From Eledone cirrhosa (taxonomy: Eukaryota): a stretch of DNA of 64,000 nucleotides. This document shows positions 63,901 through 64,000 of the stretch, piece after piece. The notes under the pieces are model-generated. The model made no database searches and was not told the origin of the DNA. It was given only the letters and a program-made list of their open reading frames with translations. How positions within the stretch are numbered: the stretch's first letter is position 1; every line of letters begins with the position of its first letter. Location of the stretch: positions 17,670,001-17,734,000 of the forward strand of contig OZ024741.1 in assembly GCA_964016885.1 (NCBI GenBank), given 5' to 3'. Made by a program: the position numbers and the translations under genes.

Positions 63901-64000
63901 ATATATATATATATATAAGTATGTACACGTACATACATATATGTATACAGACGTACAGTAGTATGTATATATATATATGCATACATGCACACATATATAT

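Overview
AT-rich, gene-free eukaryotic (animal) DNA, saturated with (TA)n/(CA)n/(CT)n microsatellites and transposons. The repeat content suggests a mollusc, probably a cephalopod (inference). No host protein-coding gene is supportable. Content: (1) at least seven Penelope-like retroelement (PLE; RT + GIY-YIG) lineages, one nearly intact at 57123-61886, almost all inserted in (TA)n as fold-back structures with two 3' ends pointing outward; (2) RTE, CR1-like and Tx1/L1-like LINEs; (3) tRNA-derived SINEs; (4) a non-autonomous Helitron; (5) several minisatellites. The main hidden signal is RNA. Reading by eye on both strands gives about 30 type I hammerhead-ribozyme motifs from about 13 distinct sequence families, in PLE terminal repeats and in 0.2-0.5 kb palindromic mini-elements. 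They include repeated U3-A8 covariant cores, U4A/U4C/A13C core variants, and a perfect palindrome carrying one complete ribozyme on each strand. All folds were derived manually; coordinates are good to a few bases and activity is untested.
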